A program made the position numbers and the translations under genes. Under the pieces are notes generated by a model. That model was not told the DNA's origin, ran no database searches, and saw nothing but the letters and a program-made list of their open reading frames with translations. From Rhodothermales bacterium (GTDB taxonomy: Bacteria; Bacteroidota; Rhodothermia; Rhodothermales; Bin80): a DNA stretch of 64,000 bases. Where the stretch lies: the NCBI GenBank assembly GCA_022822185.1, contig JAJECE010000060.1, positions 64,025 to 128,024 of the forward strand. Direction: 5' to 3'. Below are positions 19,086 to 27,574 of the stretch, piece after piece; position 1 is the stretch's first letter; every line of letters begins with the position of its first letter.

Positions 19086-19497
19086 TGGTTGCTTCACCAA
19101 CTAAAGCTTTTTTATTGGCATCGGTGAATACGAAGGTTTCCGCTTTTACATAACGCCGTTGTTCTAATTTTTCGACAATCTTGACCGAAACACGCACTTC
19201 TGAGTTAACACATACCGGGCGTAGGAATCGACACGAAATGGAGACCGCCACACTCCCGGGGCCGGGAAAGTCACGTCCCAGAACCTTGGAGATGAGGCCC
19301 AAAAGGAATACACCGTGGACAATACGATCTCCGAAACGGGTGTTTTTGGCGTACTCGGCATCCACATGGAGTGGATTGTCATCTCCAGTGATCCGAGCAA
19401 ATGTCTGGACATCTTCCTCACTGATAAAACGGTGAAAGTCATAAGTATCACCAATCTTGAGAGAATCAAAAGAGTGGCCGGATTTTTGTTGACTCAT
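19063..19497 (-). CDS. MaoC-like (R)-specific enoyl-CoA hydratase / hotdog-fold dehydratase
   Basis: FARITGDDNPLHVDAEYAKNTRFGDRIVHGVFL is the MaoC dehydratase motif. An alternative upstream start lies at 19521. Confidence 0.75.
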   Translation of the reverse strand: MSQQKSGHSFDSLKIGDTYDFHRFISEEDVQTFARITGDDNPLHVDAEYAKNTRFGDRIVHGVFLLGLISKVLGRDFPGPGSVAVSISCRFLRPVCVNSEVRVSVKIVEKLEQRRYVKAETFVFTDANKKALVGEATIIPPVDP

Positions 19498-19562
19498 AGT
19501 CGGGTGACAAACGGATTGCATTTTAAGATACGATATAGACGGTCATTCTGGGAGTCCATGGA

Positions 19563-20555
19563 ATGGTCAATGTTTTCAGCATGCAGATACAGGAACGTCT
19601 GACAGAATTAAGTACGACCCGGCAAGGCAGGCGTATCCTGCGCATTGCACGCATAAGTTTTACTGTGGGAATTGTTTCATTACTGGTATGGCAATTGCGT
19701 GAGATGGAATTCCGCAGCGTATTTCAGGGGCTGCCGCGGAATCCCTGGTTTTATGTGCTGCTGGTTGCCGTGTACTTCCTTTTGCCCACCATACAGTTTT
19801 TGGCTTATCGGGTGGTATGGGATTTCCATCCGGGTCCAGCTATCCGCGCCTTCATCAAGAAGCGGATCCTGAACAAGGATGTGCTGGGGTATTCCGGTGA
19901 GATCTATATTTTTGCCTGGGCGCGGGATCATGTGGAGATGTCAAGCCGGTCACTCATGGAGTGTGTTCGGGACATGAATATTATCTCGGCGGTTGCCTCC
20001 ACACTGATTGCGGTTCTGCTCCTTGCTTTTTTTGCCCTCAAAGGGCAGGTGAATGTGCAGGATCTGATCGGAGAAACCCAGGCGGTCTTCCTGATCGGAG
20101 GAATCAGTGCCACGCTCATTATTCTTGTGATTGCGTCTACGCGCCGGCAATGGCTTTTCTCCATGCCGTGGAAGGCGACCCGGATTGTTTTCAGTCTCCA
20201 TGTTGCGCGGGTGCTGCTTCGGCATGCCCTGGAAATCACGATGTGGCATCTCGCCATGTCTGAAGTTCCAATAGAAACATGGTTTACATATGCTGCTGTT
20301 TCTGTTATCGTCTACAGGCTTCCGTTCATTCCAAATCAGGATTTGTTGACGATGGCGGTTGCGGTGAGTATTGCGGGGGCAATGACGGTTTCCGAAACGC
20401 ACATTGCGGCGCTCTTTGGCGCGGTTGCACTCGTGAACCGGCTGATCAATCTGCTCTTTTTTACCACTCTCTCTGTACGCATGCCCAAAGAGGCAGATGC
20501 CTTGTCCGTGACCAAACCGCCTCTTGATGCGTCAGGGAGATCGGCCTCTTTGTAA
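19563..20555 (+). CDS. polytopic membrane protein, possibly flippase-like (UPF0104/LPG-synthase-TM-like)
   Basis: 330 aa with about 8 hydrophobic segments. The family assignment is from overall pattern only. Confidence 0.45.
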   Translation: MVNVFSMQIQERLTELSTTRQGRRILRIARISFTVGIVSLLVWQLREMEFRSVFQGLPRNPWFYVLLVAVYFLLPTIQFLAYRVVWDFHPGPAIRAFIKKRILNKDVLGYSGEIYIFAWARDHVEMSSRSLMECVRDMNIISAVASTLIAVLLLAFFALKGQVNVQDLIGETQAVFLIGGISATLIILVIASTRRQWLFSMPWKATRIVFSLHVARVLLRHALEITMWHLAMSEVPIETWFTYAAVSVIVYRLPFIPNQDLLTMAVAVSIAGAMTVSETHIAALFGAVALVNRLINLLFFTTLSVRMPKEADALSVTKPPLDASGRSASL

Positions 20556-20558
20556 AAA

Positions 20559-21269
20559 ATGCGTGCAAGTGCAATCCTTTCTTTGTTCGTTCTGGCAGGT
20601 CCATGTATTCCGGATATCTCTGCCCAGCAGTTTCTGGTCATTGAGGACTTTGAAGGGTATGCGATTGATGGTCTTCCCAGTTCATGGAGGATTCCCGACA
20701 AACGGTCAAGGATGATGCGTGTTCTTCCGGCAGACCATGCAAAACCCAACGACTATGTAAAGGTGGTGACGGGAGAGGGGGGGAAGATTCTGCGGGCATA
20801 TACTCAGGGCGAGTCGGTGCAGATCGCTTTGCCAAGGGGGGATGGACTGGAGTGGAATGTGGATCAGTTTCCCCGGCTGCGTTGGCGCTGGCGGGCGGAT
20901 CAGCTGCCGGAGGGGGCAAAAGAAGATCACAGGAATCTGAACGATACCGGAGCGGCCCTCTATGTTGCCTTTGATTGTGATGACTGGCTAAGACGCCCAT
21001 GTACGATCAAGTACACCTACAGCAGCACATTGACAAGGGGGTCCTTGGCGCGCTACGGGAAATTGCAGGTGCTGGTCGTTTCGTCTGCACTTGAGTCCAA
21101 AGGGCAGTGGATTGAGATTGAACGGAATGTCGCCCGGGACTATGAGATGTTTTTTGGCAGGCAGCCGACACAATTTCCGCTTTATATTATGGTGTGGAGT
21201 GACAGTGACAACACAGGTGGAGCGGCCGATGTGTACTTCGACGACATCGTAGTGCTTTCGGAAGAATGA
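20559..21269 (+). CDS. secreted DUF3047-family protein
   Basis: Signal peptide MRASAILSLFVLAGPCIPDISAQ. The pattern LRWRWRADQLPEGAKEDHRNLNDTGAALYVAFD ... WSDSDNTGGAADVYFDDIVV matches the DUF3047 signature as I recall it. Confidence 0.6.
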   Translation: MRASAILSLFVLAGPCIPDISAQQFLVIEDFEGYAIDGLPSSWRIPDKRSRMMRVLPADHAKPNDYVKVVTGEGGKILRAYTQGESVQIALPRGDGLEWNVDQFPRLRWRWRADQLPEGAKEDHRNLNDTGAALYVAFDCDDWLRRPCTIKYTYSSTLTRGSLARYGKLQVLVVSSALESKGQWIEIERNVARDYEMFFGRQPTQFPLYIMVWSDSDNTGGAADVYFDDIVVLSEE

Positions 21270-23776
21270 CCTTTCTTTTTGCCCGGTTACGAGGATGGAT
21301 CCGCATGGTGGTGCGACATCCCGGTGTCGTGCTGCTGACGGCTCTTTTGATTACGGTCGGCAGCGTGCTGCTCGCAGCACGGCTGACCATAGATCCCGAC
21401 TTTGCCAATCTCATTCCGGAGTCCTATCCCAGTGTGCAGTCGCTTGAAAAGATCAGGGATACGATAGGTGCAGGGGAGGTTTCGGTGGATCTGGCCATTG
21501 AGAGTCCTTCGTTCACTTCAAATCTGGCGTTCGCGGAAGCTCTGGTTCCTCGCGCAATGGCACTCCGGGATTCCCTTACAGGGCAGCCGCTGTTTCTGCG
21601 GGAGGAACTGCGAAGAGATACCGGGTTTATGGCGGATAACGGGTTGTATTTTGCAACGGATGAAGAATTAAACACGCTGACAATCTGGCTGGAGGATCAG
21701 ATCACAGAGGCCAAGCTTGCGGCGAATCCATTCTTTTTCAGTCTGGATGAGGAGGAGGAAGTGGAGGAGGGCTCGGAGATGGAATCTCTGGAGGAGGTTT
21801 TTGATCAGATTGTAGGCCCGGAGTATCGGGTGAGCGCAGACAGTACAATTCTGGTGGTCCGCTTTTTTGTTCCGGGATCCTCTTCAAATGTAGATTATAT
21901 AGAGGCGGTCTACAGCACCCTTCAGGATGAGATTGAGGAAGTCGGGCCTTCGTTCCACCATGTGCAGATGCAGACCTATCTGGCCGGTCGATTGTGGAGA
22001 CAGCGGATAGAAGTGCGTGCCATTACCGACGATGTCATCGGTTCTTTTGGCGCGGGGGCTGTTGCCGTGCTTCTGGTGCTGATGGCCTACTTTTTTGTCA
22101 AGGCGATCCAACTGCGGGGAAAAGAGGCGGTCTGGTCCGAACTTGCGCGTGCACCGGTTACGGCACTGCTGATTGGGATCCCCCTTCTGATGAGCTTAGT
22201 CTGGACGGCGGCGATAGGTTTTTTGGTCTATGAGACATTGAATCTGTTCAGTTCGACTCTTGGCCTGGTTCTTTTTGGGCTGGGGATTGACTATGGAATT
22301 CATTTTTATGCGCGTTACATAGAAGAGCGGGGAGCGGGGCATCGTGTGGAGGACGCTGCAGAGAAGACATTCATGAGCACCGGGCAGGCGATTGCCGTGG
22401 GCGCACTGACGACGGCTGCTGCAATGTATGTGCTGATGGCCGCGGATTTCAAAGGGTTTAGTGAGTTTGGTTTTTTGGCGGGGACCGGCGTATTGGTGGC
22501 ATTGATTGCCATGCTTCATGTACTGCCTGCATTGCTGGTCCTGTGTGAGCGCTGGAAGGTGTTGCATTTTGAGCGCAGTCGCCCGGCAGAAGTGGTTACA
22601 TATGGCCCTCTGGTCGGAGCTCGCGGGCTTTTGACAGGATGTACATTCGCGACGATCGTTGCCCTGTTCATGGCTCCGGGCACGGAGTTTGAGTACCGGT
22701 TTTCTGTTTTGGAGCCGGAGTATGAGGATTGGGTTGCCGTGAATTCAAAAGTGGCAGCGGCCTACAGTGATTTTAATCGAAGGAATCCTGCGTACATTGT
22801 GGTGGATGATCCAGCGGAGGCACCTGCAGTTGCGGAGGCACTGCGTTCCAGAATGGAACGGGACACCGCGTTACATGTGATTGATGCAGACAGTTTTCGT
22901 ACCACGATTCAGGATGTTGAAACGCTTCAGGACCGGTTTCCCCTGGAGTCGCAGAAACAAACCGCCCGGATTGCCCGGATTGCCTATATCCGGGATTCCC
23001 TGCTGACAGATCCCGTTCTGGCCGGCGATGAGGATCTGGAGCGGATTCGGAGGGCGGCACAGACCCGAACCCCCATTGCGATTGAGGATGTACCGGAACT
23101 CCTGAGTCAGCGCTTTATGTCCAAGACAGGAGAGTTGGGAGGATATATCACGATTCTGCCGGGGGTGGGGCTTTCAGACGGGCGCAAGTCCATGGCGTTT
23201 GCGGAAGATGTCGCCAACATAACGACGGAAGACGGGAAAACCTACCACGCGGGATCTCCATCAATTGTTGCCGCGGAGGTTTTGCGTCTGATGCGCCGGG
23301 AAAGTCCCTATATGGTACTGGCGACGCTGATCATCGTGGTGCTTTTGATGTGGGCTAATTTTGGTCGGTTTCGATGGGCGCTCCTGGCCATGCTGCCCCT
23401 GGTGGTTGGGATTATCTGGATGATTTTATTTATGCAGATCTTCGGCATGCGGCTCAATTTCTATAATATGTTTGTGATTCCGGCAATTATTGGAATCGGG
23501 AATGACGCGGGGGCCCATTTGGTGCATCGCTACCGGGAGGAGGGAGCCGGAACGCTTTGGCGCACGCTGCGATCTACAGGGGAGCATGTGACGATGGGAG
23601 CCGTGACGACGATGGTCGGCTTTGGGGGGCTCCTGCTGAGTTTCCATCCGGGTTTGAACACCATCGGATCGCTTGCGATCACGGGAATCGGAGCGACACT
23701 TTTAGCAGCACTGCTCTTTTTACCCGCACTGATCCAGGTGCAGGAAGATCGCAGATCGTTCATGATTCGTTCCTGA
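21266..23776 (+). CDS. MMPL/RND-superfamily exporter
   Basis: 836 aa with two 6-TM bundles, each followed or preceded by large loops. It has LGLVLFGLGIDYGIHFYARYIEER and a second GIGNDAGAHLVHRY motif. A 4-nt ATGA overlap joins it to the upstream gene. Confidence 0.8.
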   Translation: MTFLFARLRGWIRMVVRHPGVVLLTALLITVGSVLLAARLTIDPDFANLIPESYPSVQSLEKIRDTIGAGEVSVDLAIESPSFTSNLAFAEALVPRAMALRDSLTGQPLFLREELRRDTGFMADNGLYFATDEELNTLTIWLEDQITEAKLAANPFFFSLDEEEEVEEGSEMESLEEVFDQIVGPEYRVSADSTILVVRFFVPGSSSNVDYIEAVYSTLQDEIEEVGPSFHHVQMQTYLAGRLWRQRIEVRAITDDVIGSFGAGAVAVLLVLMAYFFVKAIQLRGKEAVWSELARAPVTALLIGIPLLMSLVWTAAIGFLVYETLNLFSSTLGLVLFGLGIDYGIHFYARYIEERGAGHRVEDAAEKTFMSTGQAIAVGALTTAAAMYVLMAADFKGFSEFGFLAGTGVLVALIAMLHVLPALLVLCERWKVLHFERSRPAEVVTYGPLVGARGLLTGCTFATIVALFMAPGTEFEYRFSVLEPEYEDWVAVNSKVAAAYSDFNRRNPAYIVVDDPAEAPAVAEALRSRMERDTALHVIDADSFRTTIQDVETLQDRFPLESQKQTARIARIAYIRDSLLTDPVLAGDEDLERIRRAAQTRTPIAIEDVPELLSQRFMSKTGELGGYITILPGVGLSDGRKSMAFAEDVANITTEDGKTYHAGSPSIVAAEVLRLMRRESPYMVLATLIIVVLLMWANFGRFRWALLAMLPLVVGIIWMILFMQIFGMRLNFYNMFVIPAIIGIGNDAGAHLVHRYREEGAGTLWRTLRSTGEHVTMGAVTTMVGFGGLLLSFHPGLNTIGSLAITGIGATLLAALLFLPALIQVQEDRRSFMIRS

Positions 23777-23783
23777 CTTGAAT

Positions 23784-23816
23784 GGGGATGACGGATTGTT
23801 TTCAATCTGAATCCCC
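23784..23816 (+). terminator. possible stem-loop terminator after the MMPL gene
   Basis: GGGGATGACGGATTG-TTTT-CAATCTGAATCCCC forms an imperfect hairpin 8 nt after the stop codon. No clear U-tract follows. Confidence 0.3.
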
Positions 23817-23962
23817 AGACCAATTTATCTGAACACATTCTGGAACGTAGAGGGGGAATTTGTGTATATTAGTACATCAGGGTGTGTGGCCGTGATGAAT
23901 CGGCTTGTATGTTTTGGGATCCCCTGAATCTGGAAAGCAATGAACAACAAAAGTGTAGCATT

Positions 23963-25168
23963 ATGAGACGGACATCTTTCATCTTTGCATTGGTTTTTGC
24001 CACTTTGGCGGTAGTTCCCCAAAGTCATGCACAGTTTCGCAAGGCAAATCGGGCCCTTGATCGGGGGGAATACGAGGAGGCGATGAGTCTGGTACAGGAA
24101 CTGCGGACAGACAAGCCCGACGATCACAGAACATGGGATCTGCTGGCCCGGATTCACAGTGCAAAGGCTTCGCAGGCAGACATGGAGGAGTACCTGGGAC
24201 ATGTGGAAGAAATGGCCGCGGCGTATCGGAAAGTGATCGAACTTGAGCCGGACGAGGCCGATGAGGTGATAAGTCGACTGCAAATTTTTTATATGCAGAC
24301 CTTCAATTCGGGGATCACGGAGTTTAATCATGCGCAGGCGGTAGAGGATGATGATGCCCTGCAGGCCGAGCACTTTCAGAATTCGGCAAGGCACTTCCAG
24401 GCCACCTCCATTGCCTTTCCAGATTCGTCAGGATCCTATGTGAACTGGGCCTACGCTTTGCTTGGTGCCGGAGATAGCGATGCGGCAATTGAACCGCTGG
24501 AAATGGCACTTGAGTATGGCGGCCCGGATGTTGAACTGTATAATTTTCTGGCCAGAATCTACCTGACGAGTGAGCTTGCCGAGGAGGCCGTGCCTCTCCT
24601 GGAAAAAGCAACCGCCGAGTTTCCAGATAATGCGGAACTGCAGAATTATCTGCTGAATGCGTACTCGGAAACCGGACAGGATGACCGTGCACTGGAAACC
24701 TACACCGAGGCCGTCGCCAATAACCCGGAAAATGCCATTTACCGGTACAACTATGGATCCCTGCTGCTTCAGGCGGAACGCTTTGATGAAGCCATAGAGG
24801 AACTTCGTGTAGCGACGATGCTGGATGAAGTCTATGTGGATGCATACTATAACCTGGGGGCGGCGTATATCAATAAGGCAAACGCCGTGCAGCAGCAGAT
24901 TTCGGATCTGGATGATGATATGCGTCTGCGCCGGGACGAACTTACCCAGGAAGAAGAAGACGGCATCCTTGCAGATATTGATGTCCTTGCCGCAGAGCGC
25001 AAAGGCCTGTATCAGGAGTCCATTGGTCCCCTGGAAGATGCCAGAAAGTATGCAGAAATGGAAGAGGGTCGCTCCGTAGACGCAATCTGTGCAGCGCTCT
25101 TTCAGGCGTATGCTCAGACCGATCAGATGGAAAAGGCAGAGTCAGTCCAGGAGTGCGCCGGCATGTAG
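23963..25168 (+). CDS. secreted tetratricopeptide-repeat (TPR) protein
   Basis: The signal peptide MRRTSFIFALVFATLAVVPQSHAQ starts from the internal ATG at 23963. Repeated A/Y/L-rich 34-aa TPR-like units are present (e.g. AYYNLGAAYINKANA). Confidence 0.7.
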   Translation: MRRTSFIFALVFATLAVVPQSHAQFRKANRALDRGEYEEAMSLVQELRTDKPDDHRTWDLLARIHSAKASQADMEEYLGHVEEMAAAYRKVIELEPDEADEVISRLQIFYMQTFNSGITEFNHAQAVEDDDALQAEHFQNSARHFQATSIAFPDSSGSYVNWAYALLGAGDSDAAIEPLEMALEYGGPDVELYNFLARIYLTSELAEEAVPLLEKATAEFPDNAELQNYLLNAYSETGQDDRALETYTEAVANNPENAIYRYNYGSLLLQAERFDEAIEELRVATMLDEVYVDAYYNLGAAYINKANAVQQQISDLDDDMRLRRDELTQEEEDGILADIDVLAAERKGLYQESIGPLEDARKYAEMEEGRSVDAICAALFQAYAQTDQMEKAESVQECAGM

Positions 25169-26230
25169 TGTATGGAGGTGGGAAGCGTAGAGTTCGGCGA
25201 TGCTGGGCCAGCTGAATTTTGCAGCCGTGTGTTTGTGCGCCATCACCCGCGCTGCCGGGGAAACGGGATAGTTCAGGATCGCGTCCCTGAAAGCGGACGC
25301 GTCTCCGCTTGGTATGAGCCGTCCGTTGACATCATTGGTGATGACATCCCGAATCCCTTCCAGATCCGCGGCAATGGCGGGTGTGCCGGATGCGCCGGCT
25401 TCCAGCATCACCACCCCGAAGCCTTCCATGTCGCCTTCCACCGGCAGGTTCGGCATGATCAGAAGATCTGATTCGCTGTAAAGTTTTACGAGACGCTCGT
25501 CCGGGCAGCGGCCAAGCAGGTGTACGCGCCCTTCCAGTCCATGCGCTGCTGCAGCCTGTTCGATGGCTTCCGACTCAGGGCCCGTACCGGCAATCCAGTA
25601 TTCAGTGTGGGCGGGCAGGGCAGGCATCACCTGATCCACAAACCAGGCAAATCCCTTGCGCCTGACCAGGCGGCCAACGCTGAGCAGTTTCCGCACACGG
25701 CCCTTGCTGCCGGATCCAACCTTGTACCTTGACAGTGCGACACCATTCGGAATGACCTGAATGCGTGATGGGGGCATGCCCCGTTTTTCACATTCAAGCC
25801 CCGTTGCCCGGCTCACAGGCAGAACATGATCCAGAGCCTTCAAGGTGCGGCGAACCTGCAAGGTCTGGTAGATTCCCGGAAGCGTCACATCCCGGCCGTG
25901 CGCAATGGCGGTCAGTTTGATATTTGCGGAGGTGCACTTTTTTCGGATCAGTGTGGAGAGCGCCCCCGTCACCATGGAGGAAAAAAGGATGACATCGGTC
26001 TCTTTTTGGGCGGCGATCCGGTACAGGCGTGCGGCGGTGACTGCGAGCCAGGGGGCACACTGTACATGGTGCCATTTCCATGCACTGCGCAGCACCAGCT
26101 GCTCATACTGCAGATCCTTTCGTTTCGCCAATTCATCGGCAAGTTCTACGGCAACCCGCTGCATGCCCCCGATATTCTCAAGAGGACGGTTCTTTGGGGG
26201 GAAGGAGTGAGAAACAAATAACAGGCGCAC
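25142..26230 (-). CDS. glycosyltransferase family 4 (GT-B, group 1)
   Basis: MRLLFVSHSFPP...GGMQRV at the N-terminus and an EGFGVVMLEAGASGTPAIAAD motif at the C-terminus. Confidence 0.8.
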   Translation of the reverse strand: MRLLFVSHSFPPKNRPLENIGGMQRVAVELADELAKRKDLQYEQLVLRSAWKWHHVQCAPWLAVTAARLYRIAAQKETDVILFSSMVTGALSTLIRKKCTSANIKLTAIAHGRDVTLPGIYQTLQVRRTLKALDHVLPVSRATGLECEKRGMPPSRIQVIPNGVALSRYKVGSGSKGRVRKLLSVGRLVRRKGFAWFVDQVMPALPAHTEYWIAGTGPESEAIEQAAAAHGLEGRVHLLGRCPDERLVKLYSESDLLIMPNLPVEGDMEGFGVVMLEAGASGTPAIAADLEGIRDVITNDVNGRLIPSGDASAFRDAILNYPVSPAARVMAHKHTAAKFSWPSIAELYASHLHTLHAGALLD

Positions 26231-26232
26231 AG

Positions 26233-27495
26233 CTAAGCAACCGCTTTCCGGATAGGTCGTTCCGTCCTGGGGAGGGGCAAAGGATCCGCCTGGTCATCGG
26301 GGTGGTCTGCCCAGATTTCCTGATAGTAACTGGCCAGGTGACCCATAATGTTGTTCCACTCAAAAGCAATGGCCCGCTCACGGGCGGCCCGGCTGAACGT
26401 TTCGCGGAGTGAATGATCAGAAATAAGCCGGTTCACATGTTCAAGAAATGCCGCCGTATTCCGTGGCGGGGCCAGATAACCGGTTTTGCCATCTAGGACA
26501 AGAAGGTCACTGCCGCTGGCATTGGCACATACCGCAGGAAGTCCTGAAGCCATGGCTTCCAGAGTTACGTTACCAAAGGTTTCGGTATCACTGGGAAACA
26601 GGAACACATCGCTGGATGCATAAGCGGCTGCCAGTTCGGTTCCCTCCAGCGGGCCGGTGAAGACTGTGTTCTGGAGGCGCCCGGTGAGCGTGTCTCGCGC
26701 CGGGCCGTCACCAACAACTAGACTTTTATGCGCAATGCCTGCGGCGCTGAGTTTTTCGATCACCTCGGCAAAAATCGCCAGATTTTTCTCCCAGACCAAG
26801 CGTCCGACATAGGAAACGACCACATCCCTGTCCGCAAAGCCGTGGGTGAGACGCCATTGCGGATTTCGATGGGCAGGCGAAAATCGCTCCGGATCGACAC
26901 CGCGGGCCCAGACACGGATCCCGTTCGTGATCCCGTGAGAACGCAATTCGTCGCCAATGCTTGGGGAGGGCACGTAGATATGTTCGACCTGGGTATAGAA
27001 CCAGCGTCCATACCGCCATGCGGTATTCTCCAGGAAATCTATCCGGTAGAGCGGGTTATATTCGGCAAAGTACTTCAGGTAGGCAGTGAAGTGCGTATGG
27101 AAGGAAGAGACGACCGGGATCTGGCGGGATTTCGCCCATTTCAGCGCCTGTGCACCGGCGTAGTCGGGGGTCGCAATGTGCACAAGGTTTGGCGCAAAGG
27201 CTTCCAGACGGGACCACCCTTTTCTGGAAATGCCCACACTCAGGCGGTAATCACTTCGGCCGGGAACCGGAATGGAGGGTACCGAGATCAGGGTTCCGTT
27301 ATGATCCAGTGCAGGTGGCTTGTTGGTGGTCGGTGCAAAAATGAGCACCTTTGCCCCGCGGCTTTCCAGATAGCGGACCAGCCGGTTGAGTGTCAACGCA
27401 ACTCCGTCGGAAATATGATTATAGGCACCGGCAAACAGCGCAATCCGCCGCCCGGCTACCGGTGCATGAACGGGTATATCCGTAAAGGGTGACAT
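26233..27495 (-). CDS. glycosyltransferase family 4 (GT-B, group 1)
   Basis: RIALFAGAYNHISDGVALTLNRL at the N-terminus and an ETFGNVTLEAMASGLPAVCAN EX7E-type motif. A 2-nt spacer separates it from the downstream GT4 gene. Confidence 0.8.
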   Translation of the reverse strand: MSPFTDIPVHAPVAGRRIALFAGAYNHISDGVALTLNRLVRYLESRGAKVLIFAPTTNKPPALDHNGTLISVPSIPVPGRSDYRLSVGISRKGWSRLEAFAPNLVHIATPDYAGAQALKWAKSRQIPVVSSFHTHFTAYLKYFAEYNPLYRIDFLENTAWRYGRWFYTQVEHIYVPSPSIGDELRSHGITNGIRVWARGVDPERFSPAHRNPQWRLTHGFADRDVVVSYVGRLVWEKNLAIFAEVIEKLSAAGIAHKSLVVGDGPARDTLTGRLQNTVFTGPLEGTELAAAYASSDVFLFPSDTETFGNVTLEAMASGLPAVCANASGSDLLVLDGKTGYLAPPRNTAAFLEHVNRLISDHSLRETFSRAARERAIAFEWNNIMGHLASYYQEIWADHPDDQADPLPLPRTERPIRKAVA

Positions 27496-27574
27496 GAATT
27501 GAGGTCAAGGCGGAAGAAAATTGCATTACAGCCCAAGCCATTGTCGCAGCCACCCGCAGGAAAGTAACAAAGGC

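Noticed and set aside
26728-27492. 254-aa ORF antisense to the second GT4 gene.
   Set aside because: It is a shadow ORF; the GT4 frame carries the family motifs.
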